Source: an uncultured Acidimicrobiaceae bacterium (GTDB lineage Bacteria > Actinomycetota > Acidimicrobiia > Acidimicrobiales > Bog-793). Taken from it: a stretch of DNA of 64,000 nt. The position numbers were made by a program, and so were the translations under genes. The notes below the pieces were generated by a model. That model was not told where the DNA came from. It saw only the letters and a program-made list of their open reading frames with translations, and did no database searches. The number at the start of each line of letters is the position of its first letter. Position 1 is the stretch's first letter. The stretch covers positions 370,488-434,487 of the forward strand of contig CAVRYE010000012.1 in the NCBI GenBank assembly GCA_963725355.1, in the 5' to 3' direction. Below, one piece after another: positions 8,993-18,448 of the stretch.

Positions 8993-9700
8993 TCAGTGCA
9001 CGCGGAGAAGGTAACCACCTGGAGCGGCCGTAGCGAGAAGTCGATCGTTGACCGCCGGGTCAGCCACGAAACGGTCATCGGAGCTAAGAAAGTCGACGAC
9101 GGCCGTCCAAGGACTGTTCTCCGCGGTCCAGGGGCGATCTCCGATCGCGTCGGTGGGAAGATCTCGAATTATCGTGTCCATCACCACGAGATAGCTGCCG
9201 AGGCTTACGAAGTCGGAATAAAGAGCCAGTTCCGCCGCAACGTGTTCGTAGGTGTGATTGGAGTCGAGGATCACGAAGATGCGCTCGTGTCGCGCGGCTA
9301 TGGCACGCACCTTGTCCATCACCTCAGGCGAGACGGAGTTACCCTCGATAGTCGAAATAAGGCCGGCGAGAGGATGCGTGGATAGGGTGGCACGGGCATG
9401 GGCGCGAATGTCGATGTCGACACCTAATACGTCCCGCTCTCCCTCGAGCAGTTTCAAGATGCTCGCTGAAAGTAAAAGGGAACCACCGTGCGCAATACCG
9501 GTCTCGATGACGAGATCCGGTCGCGTTTGCCAGAGCAATTCTTGCAGGATGACAATGTCCTCGGGATGCTGAATGATCGGGACACCCAGCCAGGAGAAAT
9601 TGTACCGAGTATCCGTGACGGGTCGCGACAGCCGTCCACTCGCGACGCACCCTATCGGACTCGGGATCAGCCGCCATGTCCCGGATAGTCTCGGTATCAC
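8993..9700 (-). CDS. CmcI/cephalosporin-hydroxylase-family methyltransferase (rhamnosyl O-methyltransferase-like)
   Basis: FSWLGVPIIQHPEDIVILQELLWQTRPDLVIETGIAHGGSLL is the characteristic CmcI-family core. Confidence 0.7.
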   Translation of the reverse strand: MIPRLSGTWRLIPSPIGCVASGRLSRPVTDTRYNFSWLGVPIIQHPEDIVILQELLWQTRPDLVIETGIAHGGSLLLSASILKLLEGERDVLGVDIDIRAHARATLSTHPLAGLISTIEGNSVSPEVMDKVRAIAARHERIFVILDSNHTYEHVAAELALYSDFVSLGSYLVVMDTIIRDLPTDAIGDRPWTAENSPWTAVVDFLSSDDRFVADPAVNDRLLATAAPGGYLLRVH

Positions 9701-9781
9701 GTGGCCTTCGCTCCTTGCGAGCGATCTGTTTGTCCCCGCTCGAGTTCATGGCAGCAACGATGCTACTCATTTCCGTTCCGG

Positions 9782-10852
9782 CTAACGGGCACCATTGTTG
9801 GCGCCATCCAGGCGCGTCGGACGGTCACTGACATGCCTGGATGCCCCGCGGTAACTGTTCCAGCCCTGCCTGAGGCCATTAAGGCCCATCTGCGGGCTGA
9901 GGACCGCCATGGGCGGAAGTAGGGCAAGTGCTCGCAGCCTTGCTCCTTCCGACCAGTACCTCCGAGACTCCAGCCAGAGGTCTGCAAAGGCCAGCTGCCG
10001 GTAACTCGGGCTCAGGCGCCAGCGACGAAGGACTCGTGCGGCCGTTTGCTTCTCGCTCTCGGTTAGGCCGAGCCCTTCCGTCGCCGCTTTCAGTTCCTGG
10101 AGCATTCTCGTATTGGGAAAATGTAGGCGGGACTCGGCTGCCGTCAGGCCGAACATTGTCGCGTCCGCCGTCTTCTCCCGGAAGACCCTGTAGTCGGCAA
10201 GTGGTTCGTCGATCGTCTCGACGGGAGCGACAAGCAGAGCCCGCCAGACGAGGATCACATCGCTGCCCCAGACGGGGAGCGGTGGGCCGATTCTGGTCAG
10301 GATCTCCTTGCGCCACAGGCCGTAGATAGTGAGCCATGCTCGTCGCGAAAGGTGGGCGCGCAGGCGTGTCCCGATATCTGCTGAGCCCAATTGAGAGGGC
10401 TCCTGGCGAACTGATATCTGAGTCCCCATGGCATCGATGCGCCGGTGTGCCGGTACGCAAAGGGCTGCCTCAGGCCGCGATCGCAGGCCCGCCAGGCAGC
10501 GGGAGATGAACTCTCGCGAGTAGGCGTCGTCGTGTGCCGCCCAGGCGAAATAGGGGGCATTGCTCAGTGAGAGCACACGTTGGAAGTTTGCCGTCGCTCC
10601 GAGGTTTACCTCGTTTCGCGAGTAGCGCACCCTCGTGTCGTGTGCCGCCACGGCGCGGCAGTGATCCTCCGTAGCGTCCCAAGAGGCGTTGTCGCTTATT
10701 ATGACCTCGATGTCGGATTCGTCCTGAGCGAGCAGAGAGTCGAGGGCCGTTTCCAAATAGGGCATTCCGTTGAAAACCGGTAGGCCGATGCTCACGAGGG
10801 GATGCGCTCGGTCGGCATCAGGTGCCTTATCAGGCTGTGAAATCGGATCCAT
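9782..10852 (-). CDS. Glycosyltransferase family 2
   Basis: VSIGLPVFNGMPYLETALDSLLAQ...IEVIISDNASWDATE...NLGATANF matches the GT2 signature. Confidence 0.8.
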   Translation of the reverse strand: MDPISQPDKAPDADRAHPLVSIGLPVFNGMPYLETALDSLLAQDESDIEVIISDNASWDATEDHCRAVAAHDTRVRYSRNEVNLGATANFQRVLSLSNAPYFAWAAHDDAYSREFISRCLAGLRSRPEAALCVPAHRRIDAMGTQISVRQEPSQLGSADIGTRLRAHLSRRAWLTIYGLWRKEILTRIGPPLPVWGSDVILVWRALLVAPVETIDEPLADYRVFREKTADATMFGLTAAESRLHFPNTRMLQELKAATEGLGLTESEKQTAARVLRRWRLSPSYRQLAFADLWLESRRYWSEGARLRALALLPPMAVLSPQMGLNGLRQGWNSYRGASRHVSDRPTRLDGANNGAR

Positions 10853-10990
10853 CCGGCATCGGAGTTGTCGGATCTCGAAAACGAGTGCCGAGATTGCCCT
10901 TCACCACGACGTCACCGTAACAGAGCCAGCGTTGTTTTCCATGATTTGGCGCCCGAGTCGGCCGGGTTGGCGAGGTGGTCTTGAGGCGGC

Positions 10991-12451
10991 TCAGTTTATC
11001 GATGTGGCACCTCGGTGACGGTGCCCGATCCACTGTCTTGCGACGAGGGTGATGAACTTCAGCAACGCGGCGTAGATGGCAGCGAGAGCTGCGGCTCTCG
11101 GGAGGATTGCAAAACCCTCTCCAGGGCCTAGTCCAGCACCCACATGCAGAGCCCAGGAGGTCATGAGCAAGCCGAACGTGGCCACGAGGACGCACATGGG
11201 GTATCGCCGACCCAACGGGTTCGGCATCTTGGACCTGTAGAGCCTCCAGTACATGACGAGCCCGATTGCCTCGCTCAGGATCATGACTGCGGCGGCGCCG
11301 TCCACACCCCATAAGGTGACGGCTACGGCATTGCCCGCTAGGTTCGCCGTCGTAACGGTGGCGATCACTCGCCAAAGCCCCTTTTCTGCCCCAACGAAAG
11401 TGACCAATTGGAAGAGGTAGCCGTTCAAAAGGGCAATCGCGCCCGCGCCAGTCAGGATCGCCAGCGGCGCTCCCGCGCTGGCGAATCTCATCCCGGCGAT
11501 CCAGACGACGAAGGGCCGAGCGAATACGATCCCGAATAGGGGCAAGGGGAGGGCAACGGTGAGGATCACGTCCAGCGCCCGTCGTGCCAGGAACTGGCGC
11601 CGCTCTTCGCTGGCGGCCATGAATTCGGGCAGGAGAGCGTTGGAAAGCATTGCCGGCATGGCAAATAGAAAGTTCGCAACCTGGTAGGCGACGGCGTAGT
11701 AAGCCACCGGGCGGCTTCCCCGGATGAGGAAGAGCATGATGCTGTCCGCTCTCGCGTAGACGACGGCGAACAAGTCGAACTGACCGAATGGCAGGGACGC
11801 CCGCAACATTGTCGACATGCCGTGGCCGCTGCCGCGCAGCTTCGGCCGGATGAATCGCACGGCGAGCGCCAAGGCCACCACACCGCTTGCAATGACGGCG
11901 GCGAGGTACGCGACCGCGTAACCTCGGAAGTCCAAGCGGCCTTCGACTACGACGAGCGTGGCCGCGAGCACAAGGACGCTAGATATCGTGTCGAGGCTCG
12001 CTCGCAGGCCGCTGCGGCCCCGTCCGACAAGTACTGATCCTCCGGCCATGGTCAAGGCCATGAAGGGAATACTGGGAACGAGGATCAAGATCATCGCGAG
12101 GGTCTCGGTCTTGCCCCAGTAGATCGGTAGGCCAAGCGCGAGGGCGGCCAGACCGGCACCCACTGACACCACCAGTGTTGCCGTTAGGGCCTTGCCGAAG
12201 ACCGAACCGGTATCCGCGTTCGGCCTTGCGATCTCGCGCATCGTGAGGGTCGCTATGCCGGGACTGCCCAGGAAGGAGAAGACGCTCACCCAGGCCAGGG
12301 CAACGGTGATAGGCCCCCACTGGAGGGGGCCAAAGTAGTGGGTCGCTTCTCGCAACGCCACGAGCGAGACGATGGCTCCCAGTATCCTGCCGACGAAGCG
12401 GGCGGCCGTACCGTAGGCGATGCGGCTTGCCTGCTCGTGAGTGTCGCTCAA
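10991..12451 (-). CDS. Polysaccharide/oligosaccharide flippase (Wzx, MOP superfamily)
   Basis: 486-aa protein that is hydrophobic throughout, with roughly 12-14 predicted TM segments by eye. It sits in a glycan cluster. The N-terminal RIAYGTAARFVGRILG pattern is typical of PST-family flippases. Confidence 0.7.
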   Translation of the reverse strand: MSDTHEQASRIAYGTAARFVGRILGAIVSLVALREATHYFGPLQWGPITVALAWVSVFSFLGSPGIATLTMREIARPNADTGSVFGKALTATLVVSVGAGLAALALGLPIYWGKTETLAMILILVPSIPFMALTMAGGSVLVGRGRSGLRASLDTISSVLVLAATLVVVEGRLDFRGYAVAYLAAVIASGVVALALAVRFIRPKLRGSGHGMSTMLRASLPFGQFDLFAVVYARADSIMLFLIRGSRPVAYYAVAYQVANFLFAMPAMLSNALLPEFMAASEERRQFLARRALDVILTVALPLPLFGIVFARPFVVWIAGMRFASAGAPLAILTGAGAIALLNGYLFQLVTFVGAEKGLWRVIATVTTANLAGNAVAVTLWGVDGAAAVMILSEAIGLVMYWRLYRSKMPNPLGRRYPMCVLVATFGLLMTSWALHVGAGLGPGEGFAILPRAAALAAIYAALLKFITLVARQWIGHRHRGATSIN

Positions 12452-12740
12452 GTCAGGCTCGCGGTCAGAACACTGTCACGGTGAGGAGGCAGGCATCGTG
12501 ATCCGGCACCTGGGGCGATGAGTGTTGGCTGGAATTCACCGAGACATATCGTGACACCTCCGGGAGCGCCGGCGAAGGAGATGGGCCCTGAAGGCACTCT
12601 TCGCGCTCTGATTGATCGCGCGCCGGTCACGTGGCCTGAACGCGCTTTAGGGCATCTCAGGACATTCGAGCCCGGAACTATAGATTCTTGCCAATGACTC
12701 ACGAGACCTTTCCGAGCATTCCTGGCGCCAGGACGCAGTC

Positions 12741-13806
12741 TTGAGCACGGGCCGCCCTTTGCGGCCGGTCGTCATGGTGGACTGGCTCGGCCGTGGCGGG
12801 ATCGCGCACTGCACCCAGTCGTGGGTTCACGTGCTCCAGAACGCGGGAGAGGGCGTGGAACTTGTAACTAGAGCCGGCCGGGAGCTCGCAACCGCTGTCC
12901 CCGGCACACACGAAGCGGGGCGGAGGGGTGGTGCGCTACCGGAGTACCTGGCGGTCGCGCTCACCGCCCGGCGTCTTGTACGAGAGCTTCGTCCCCGCTG
13001 TCTAGTGTTGCACGGGACGGTTTTTCCTGAGATCGAGCTGGGCCTGGCCCGAGCCGCTCGAGCGCGGCGGCACCTCGGTTGTCTTTGTGGCCCACGAGCC
13101 TGCGCCGCCCCACAACGTGCCAGGTGCCAATCAGGCAATGGCTCGACTTCTCCGGGGCGCCGATGTTGTCGTCACCCACACTCGCTTTGTTGCCAGCCAG
13201 GTCCGACTGCAGACAGGCCGTGATGACGTGACGGTGCTTCCGCTGCCGATCCCCGTCGGCCTGATCACCGCCGGGGCCGGCGCGGTCTCAGTCCTAGAGC
13301 CGTCACCGACACCTCTGGCACTGCTCTTCGGCAACCTCCACCGTAACTACAAGGGCTCGGGGACTGTGGAGGATCTCGCAGCCGGGGGTGTCGATGGCTG
13401 GCGGTTCGCACTTGTAGGAAAGGGAGCACCGGACTTTCTTCCTGGAGCGACGACTGTCCCTCGCTTCCTCGCAGCGGGCGAGCTCGTCGCCACGGTCTCG
13501 AGCTCGGATGCGACATTGCTGCCCTACTCGCGGGCTGCCCAGAGCGCTGCTCTCGTGCTAGCACAGGCCGTCGGCTCCGTCGTGGTTGCGACTGCCGTCG
13601 GGGGCATCTCAGAACAAGTCGAGGACAACGTCACGGGGCGGCTCCTGCCGCTAGGAGCACCGGTCGAACAGTGGAGGGACGTGCTTGTCGAGCTGCGCGA
13701 CCCTCGCGAACGCGCCCGACTCGCCGAAGCGGCCCACGCTTTGCTTGAGCGCGCCCACCTCGAGTTCACAGCCGGGGTGCTCAGGCTCGTCGGCTCCGCC
13801 GACTGA
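12741..13806 (+). pseudogene. Glycosyltransferase family 4 (GT-B), split by an apparent frameshift near 13060-13075
   Basis: The N-terminal half is in ORF 12741..13223 (...LVLHGTVFPEIELGLARAARAR). The remainder is in ORF 13087..13806, whose frame is open from 13006 (GGTSVVFVAHEPAPP...ADVVVTHTRFV...). The two halves join into a normal GT4 if one base is added or removed. Confidence 0.6.
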
Positions 13807-13821
13807 GAAGAATCGGTCTTA

Positions 13822-15148
13822 TCACCGTCCCTGATCCTCGAAGACGGTCCGCAACGTCCGGCCAATTATCTGCAGGTCGAGACTGAGGCTCTGATGACGC
13901 AGGTAGTAGAACTCGTACTGCAGCTTCTCGAGGGCATCGATGTCGCTCGACCCATAGTCATACTTGATCTGTGCCCACCCGGTGATACCGGGACGCACGA
14001 GGTGGCGAAGCTCGTAAAAGGGGATCTTCTGAGCGAGCAGCTCGACATAGTGCGGTTGCTCGGGTCTCGGTCCGACAATCGACAGGTCGTGGCGAAGCAC
14101 GTTCCACATCTGGGGCAGCTCGTCAACATGCAGCCGCCGCAGCAGGCGGCCTACCTTTGGTACACGAGGGTCGTCCACGGCTGTCCAGGTCGAGGAGGCG
14201 CTGCCGGGGCGCATCGTCCGGAATTTGTGGATCGTGAACACGACTCCGCCCTTGCCTACACGGGGCTGGCTGTAAAACAACGGACCGCGGTTCCCGCAAA
14301 GGTCAGCCAGGGCGACAAAGGGAACGCTCGCAGCGAAGGCGAACATGCCGAGCATGCCTATCACCAAGTCCAAGAACCTCTTGCCCCGCGCATAGGCGGG
14401 CCTGTGGATCTCGTTGATGTCGAACAGCAGCGAGATGCGCTCCAGCTCCGAGATCGGTAGCTTGCCGAGCCAGGAGTCGTAGAACAACGAGAGCGTTCGA
14501 ATCCGCACGCCCCGCGAGTGGAGCTCGGCCGCTTGGGTGACGATCTCTTCTCGCTGTTGGGACTCCCGGTCGAGCACGAGAAGGTTCGCGTTGCTGTCTC
14601 TTACGAGCTGTGCCAGTGGGGCATCCTGTTCGGGAGTCGGCATGACCTCGTCGGGCCCGGCGGTCGTGATGAGCTGCACTGGACGTTCCGTGTGTTGTCT
14701 CGAGTCGCCGCGTTAGCCGCTCCGCCTCCTCCCCGGCTACGACCGCGACCACTCGGTCCAGGTTCGCCCGGGCACGTTCTGTCGCCGTTGACAGTCCGGA
14801 GACGAGCACAAAGACAGGCACGAGGATGGCAGATCCCACGAAGACGACAAAACGGGGCAGGAGCTGGGCCCCTGTGAAGAGCTGCAGCACAGAGATGATG
14901 ACGTCGGCCGCCGCTAGGGCGGCGAAGGACCTCGCGAAGCGACGCACCAGGGTGCCCCCGGAATCCGGCAGCCCTGCGGCATAGCTCGTTGCCCAGATGA
15001 GGGCGATGAAGACCAGGATCCACTCAAAACGAGGTTCTTCAGTCAGAGAGTAAATGTGCCGAGCTACATAGCGTGAATGAATCAGCTCGGTCGCGAGTAT
15101 GACAGCTAACGTCAAGACGGGAAGGAGCCACTTGACGGGACGACTCAT
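13822..15148 (-). pseudogene. Polyprenyl glycosylphosphotransferase (WbaP/bacterial sugar transferase family), split by an apparent frameshift near 14680-14712
   Basis: The N-terminal TM and linker domain is in ORF 14303..15355 (start probably ATG 15148, MSRPVKWLLPVL...). The C-terminal catalytic domain is in ORF 13822..14679 (KRFLDLV...PRVGKGG..F.IHKFRTM...DELPQMWNVLRHDLSIVGPRP). The C-terminal frame opens just after a TAA at 14713-14715. Confidence 0.65.
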
Positions 15149-15329
15149 CACCGACCATTCAAGTCCAGCTGAGCTCGCCCGGGGTGACAATGTGGAATTT
15201 GCCGCGCCCGAGACGACAACGCAGTTGTCGCGCGAGGTCGGATTCGGCTTTCGTTCCACGAGCGTAAGTGGACTCGGTGCCTTCGCCGGCTTCGGCGCGA
15301 CCGTCCTTGCCTTGGCCTTTTCGCCCAAG

Positions 15330-17087
15330 GTGAGCTCACAGACCTTCACGCCCAAATTCGCCGTCCTGCTCGTTTTCGCCGCCGTCGGTGTCGTTCCTCT
15401 AGCCCGTTTAGTGCGTAGCTCGTCGCCGCTGCGTTGGCCAGCGAGAGCCGCGGTGGCATTTCTCGTCGTGGCGCTCGTCTCGGCCTTGTTATCGCCATCA
15501 CCGGCAATCGGGATCCTCGGGCCCTACCTGTGGGGGACGGGCTGGCTGTTCTGGCTCGGAGTCGCGGGTGCCTTCGCCATCGGGGCTTCCTTGGGCCCAG
15601 CTGACCGCCCCTGGCTAGTTGCCGGCCTGCTCGTCGGTGCCCTTGGCAACGCCGCCCTCGCTATCTTTCAGATTGTCACGAACTCGCAAGGATCGGCCCT
15701 AGGCCTGTTCGACGGCACGCAGGCGGACGGTGCCCTCGGGAACCCGATCCACCTGGAGGCTCTTCTCCTCGGTGGCCTGGCACTCGTTTTGGGCCGAGCC
15801 TGCCGAGCACCCTTGCGCTGGGGCGCGGCGGTCCTTCTCCTCACGATCGGGCTCGAGTTCACTTTCGAGCGCTTCGCGATAGTGGTCCTCGTCTTGCTCG
15901 CCGCTTACGCCTTTTACTCCTATGGAGTCCGTCGCGGGGGCATATTCGCCTTGCTGGTAGGTGGCGGGTACGCCATTGCGTTCCTGAGTGGGGGCGCAGG
16001 CCTGGGTTCGCGCGTCGCTTCGGGAACGGGCGAGACCACTTTCGGCACCCGGCTGCGAATATGGTGGCAAGGGGCTCAGTACGTGATGCACCACCCTTTG
16101 CTGGGTGCCGGCCCCGGACAGCTCCGCACCGCCATGGACTCGTCCGCGACCCTTTCCTTCTACCAACATGTCCTGGTCGGCAAGGTGCTGACCGACGGTC
16201 ACGACGTCTTCGTGGAGGTCGCCGTGACGACCGGCCTGCTCGGACTGGCCTGCTTCGCCTGCTGGCTGCTCGGAGCCGCCCGGCTCACGGCTCGTTGTGG
16301 CCTGCTCGGGTTCGGCGCCGCGATAATCGGCGTCGACCTTGTTGAGCCTCTCAACGTCGCCATTCTCCCCCTCGCGTTTCTAGCTATCGGGGCGGCGGCG
16401 ACAATGGGTATTACGAACAAGGCTGCCGGCGCATCAGCCGATCCGCCAACCGCGTCGTCGTTGGCGCCGACCACCCGCGCGCTTCCCGCGAGGGAGGGCG
16501 CGAGGTCCATATTTCCCGTCATCGTTACCGCTGTGTCTTTGATCCTGGCTCTCGTTCTTGGTGTGACGATGGTCGTCGGGGACGCCTACATGTTCGACGG
16601 CACGAACTCGGGAGGTGGGCGGCCCTACAACCTGGCTGCCGCCAAAGAGGCGAGCCGGCTAATGCCCTACTGGCCGGACTCCTCACTGGAGGTCGCTCAG
16701 ATAGAGGCTTTCGACAGCGTCACTGCGCCACCCTCGCTTGCTCGAGGCTTGCTCGTCGATTCGCGACACTGGGCGATCGTCAGCCTGGACCGCGACGCGA
16801 AGGATCCTCGTAACTGGAGCTTGCTGGCAAACGCAAACGTCTCGCTCAAGCAGTACCGGCTAGCACGCGCTGACTTCCTCGGTGCGCTCTCGTGCGACAG
16901 GTGGTATTTCGGAGCGTTCCAAGGGCTAGGGGACATCGATGTGACTCTGGGCAACTGGACTGGGGCGGCCCATTGGTTCCGGCTCGGTCTTGAGACCGCT
17001 GTTAACGACCCCGTGCCATCAGCGCAGTTACGAGGTCTGCTCGCTCGAGCAGAGCGTCACCTAAGAAGTCAAGAAGTGGCCCGCTAG
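15330..17087 (+). CDS. O-antigen ligase/polymerase-like (Wzy_C) polytopic membrane protein with C-terminal TPR-like region
   Basis: In ORF 15099..17087. I prefer GTG 15330 so that it does not overlap the divergent priming-transferase start. The protein has many TM segments, GNPIHLEALLLGGLAL, and a C-terminal soluble repeat region. Confidence 0.6.
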   Translation: MSSQTFTPKFAVLLVFAAVGVVPLARLVRSSSPLRWPARAAVAFLVVALVSALLSPSPAIGILGPYLWGTGWLFWLGVAGAFAIGASLGPADRPWLVAGLLVGALGNAALAIFQIVTNSQGSALGLFDGTQADGALGNPIHLEALLLGGLALVLGRACRAPLRWGAAVLLLTIGLEFTFERFAIVVLVLLAAYAFYSYGVRRGGIFALLVGGGYAIAFLSGGAGLGSRVASGTGETTFGTRLRIWWQGAQYVMHHPLLGAGPGQLRTAMDSSATLSFYQHVLVGKVLTDGHDVFVEVAVTTGLLGLACFACWLLGAARLTARCGLLGFGAAIIGVDLVEPLNVAILPLAFLAIGAAATMGITNKAAGASADPPTASSLAPTTRALPAREGARSIFPVIVTAVSLILALVLGVTMVVGDAYMFDGTNSGGGRPYNLAAAKEASRLMPYWPDSSLEVAQIEAFDSVTAPPSLARGLLVDSRHWAIVSLDRDAKDPRNWSLLANANVSLKQYRLARADFLGALSCDRWYFGAFQGLGDIDVTLGNWTGAAHWFRLGLETAVNDPVPSAQLRGLLARAERHLRSQEVAR

Positions 17088-17242
17088 GCCGCGGCTGGCT
17101 CGATTCTGGGGACCTTCACCATGGTGCCCCCAGACAGGCCAGCGGTCCGGGCCATCTATCGGAAAAAGACTAAAGATCCTGATGCACCTGCCGATATTAA
17201 ATCGGGTAGCACTTTCCATTGACCCGAGGGAGGAAGCAATTA

Positions 17243-17821
17243 ATGAAAAACGTTCCTGAGAGGCTCCGTGCAAGGCGCCTCAGGATGGAAGAGCTGGGCG
17301 AGCAGGGCTTCACGCTTATCGAGCTGCTCGTCGTCCTGCTTATCATCGGTATCTTGCTCGCGATCGCAATCCCGACGTTCCTGTCGGTGACCAAGACCGC
17401 AAACAACACGGCCGCGCAGTCGAACCTGCAGACCGCCCTTACAGGCGCCAAGACCTACTACGAGGCTAACAACCAGACGTACACGGCCCTCGACACGAGC
17501 AACGCCACTGTCTCCAATATCAGTCAGGTCGACACCGGGCTGCAGTACGTAAGTGCCGCAAAGTCCACCGCGACAAACGTCATCTCGGTCTACGTCAAGA
17601 ACGGCAATGTCGTCGAGTTGCTCGCCTGGTCCAAAGGCACCAACGAGTGCTGGGGCATCTTGGACCAGACGGCGGCGCAAGCTAGCGGACTCTGGGGTTC
17701 AGGCACTGCGGGTGTCGGCACCTACTACGGGATCTTGAAGCCGTCGACGTCCGCGCAGTGCACTGCCTCGAGCACATGGACACCGACCAGTTTCCTAACG
17801 ACGGGCTTCCCGACCGGATAG
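17243..17821 (+). CDS. pilA: Type IV pilin (prepilin with N-terminal cleavage/methylation domain)
   Basis: ATG 17243 follows GAGGGAGGAAG. The leader MKNVPERLRARRLRMEELGEQG is followed by FTLIELLVVLLIIGILLAIAIPTF (G-1, F+1, E+5). There is a C-terminal Cys pair (C...C). Confidence 0.85.
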   Translation: MKNVPERLRARRLRMEELGEQGFTLIELLVVLLIIGILLAIAIPTFLSVTKTANNTAAQSNLQTALTGAKTYYEANNQTYTALDTSNATVSNISQVDTGLQYVSAAKSTATNVISVYVKNGNVVELLAWSKGTNECWGILDQTAAQASGLWGSGTAGVGTYYGILKPSTSAQCTASSTWTPTSFLTTGFPTG

Positions 17822-17888
17822 CAAGTTAACGGTATCTTCTGCACCGATTGCCTCTGGGACGGTAGGTCGGGCAGGAGATCGAATCACG

Positions 17889-17923
17889 AAGAGCCCCCGC
17901 GACCATGGGTCGCGGGGGCTCTT
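17889..17923 (+). terminator. Stem-loop terminator downstream of the pilin gene (symmetric, could act on both strands)
   Basis: AAGAGCCCCCGCGAC(C ATG G)GTCGCGGGGGCTCTT is a perfect 15-16 bp stem followed by GTCTTTG. It lies 68 nt after the pilin stop. Confidence 0.6.
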
Positions 17924-18338
17924 GTCTTTGCGGGATCGGACGAGTGATTCCTGGTACTAGAGAGCCGTAATGTTCCCACCCGCTTGTCGGCGCTGTGACC
18001 AGAGGCTAGAGCCAAGGGCCACTTTGGTGACGTCGCCAGCTCCCCGCGCGTGTCGCCAAGCAGGGTTGTGCGTGCCTCTTCCGCAGAAGGGCGAAGGTTC
18101 CGAGTTCGACAGACCTCGCCCACGATGCAATAGCGAGGCAAGAATCTCGACTCCTGTTGACAGAGAGAATCTGAAGGCAGTCCCCGAGCGCGACAGACCA
18201 TCTGACGGGGGGTCCTCGAGTCGTCATGCCGGCGACCACTCGACGACGACCGGATGGACAATGCCGGAGTGGTTCAGGGTCTACAAGAAGCCAAGACGGA
18301 ATCCGGGACCAACTTAGGTCGAGCTCGGTCGTGCCGAA

Positions 18339-18343
18339 GCCCT
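18339..18343. repeat. Target-site duplication GCCCT (copy 1)
   Basis: An identical pentamer abuts both IS ends (18339-18343 and 20959-20963). Confidence 0.75.
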
Positions 18344-18395
18344 TGTCGCTTGCCAGTCTTAAGGGACCAGGCCGTTGCCAGAAGCATGGGACCAC
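18344..18395. repeat. IS21 end at the istB side: terminal IR plus one subterminal repeat
   Basis: TGTCGCTTGCCAGTCTTAAGGGACCAG followed by GCCGTTGCCAGAAGCATGGGACCAC. Confidence 0.8.
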
Positions 18396-18448
18396 GTCGC
18401 GTCCACATCGACCGGCTGACGAGATGATCTCGGCAGTCAAGCAAGGTG

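Noticed and set aside
17088-17242. A sigma-54-type promoter or c-di-GMP riboswitch upstream of the pilin gene.
   Set aside because: There is no TGGCAC-N5-TTGC element and no GEMM-like conserved core. Only an AT-richer stretch with a weak TAAAGA-N18-TATTAA candidate is present, which is too weak to report as a feature.
17930-18343. A possible ncRNA or tRNA remnant as the IS21 target (for example GAAGGTTCCGAGTTCGACAGACC at about 18096-18118, and several short hairpins).
   Set aside because: It does not fit a tRNA T-arm or acceptor geometry. I recognise no tmRNA, RNase P, SRP or riboswitch core motifs. The ORFs here (17884..18261, 17970..18317, 18006..18452) have non-coding-like composition.
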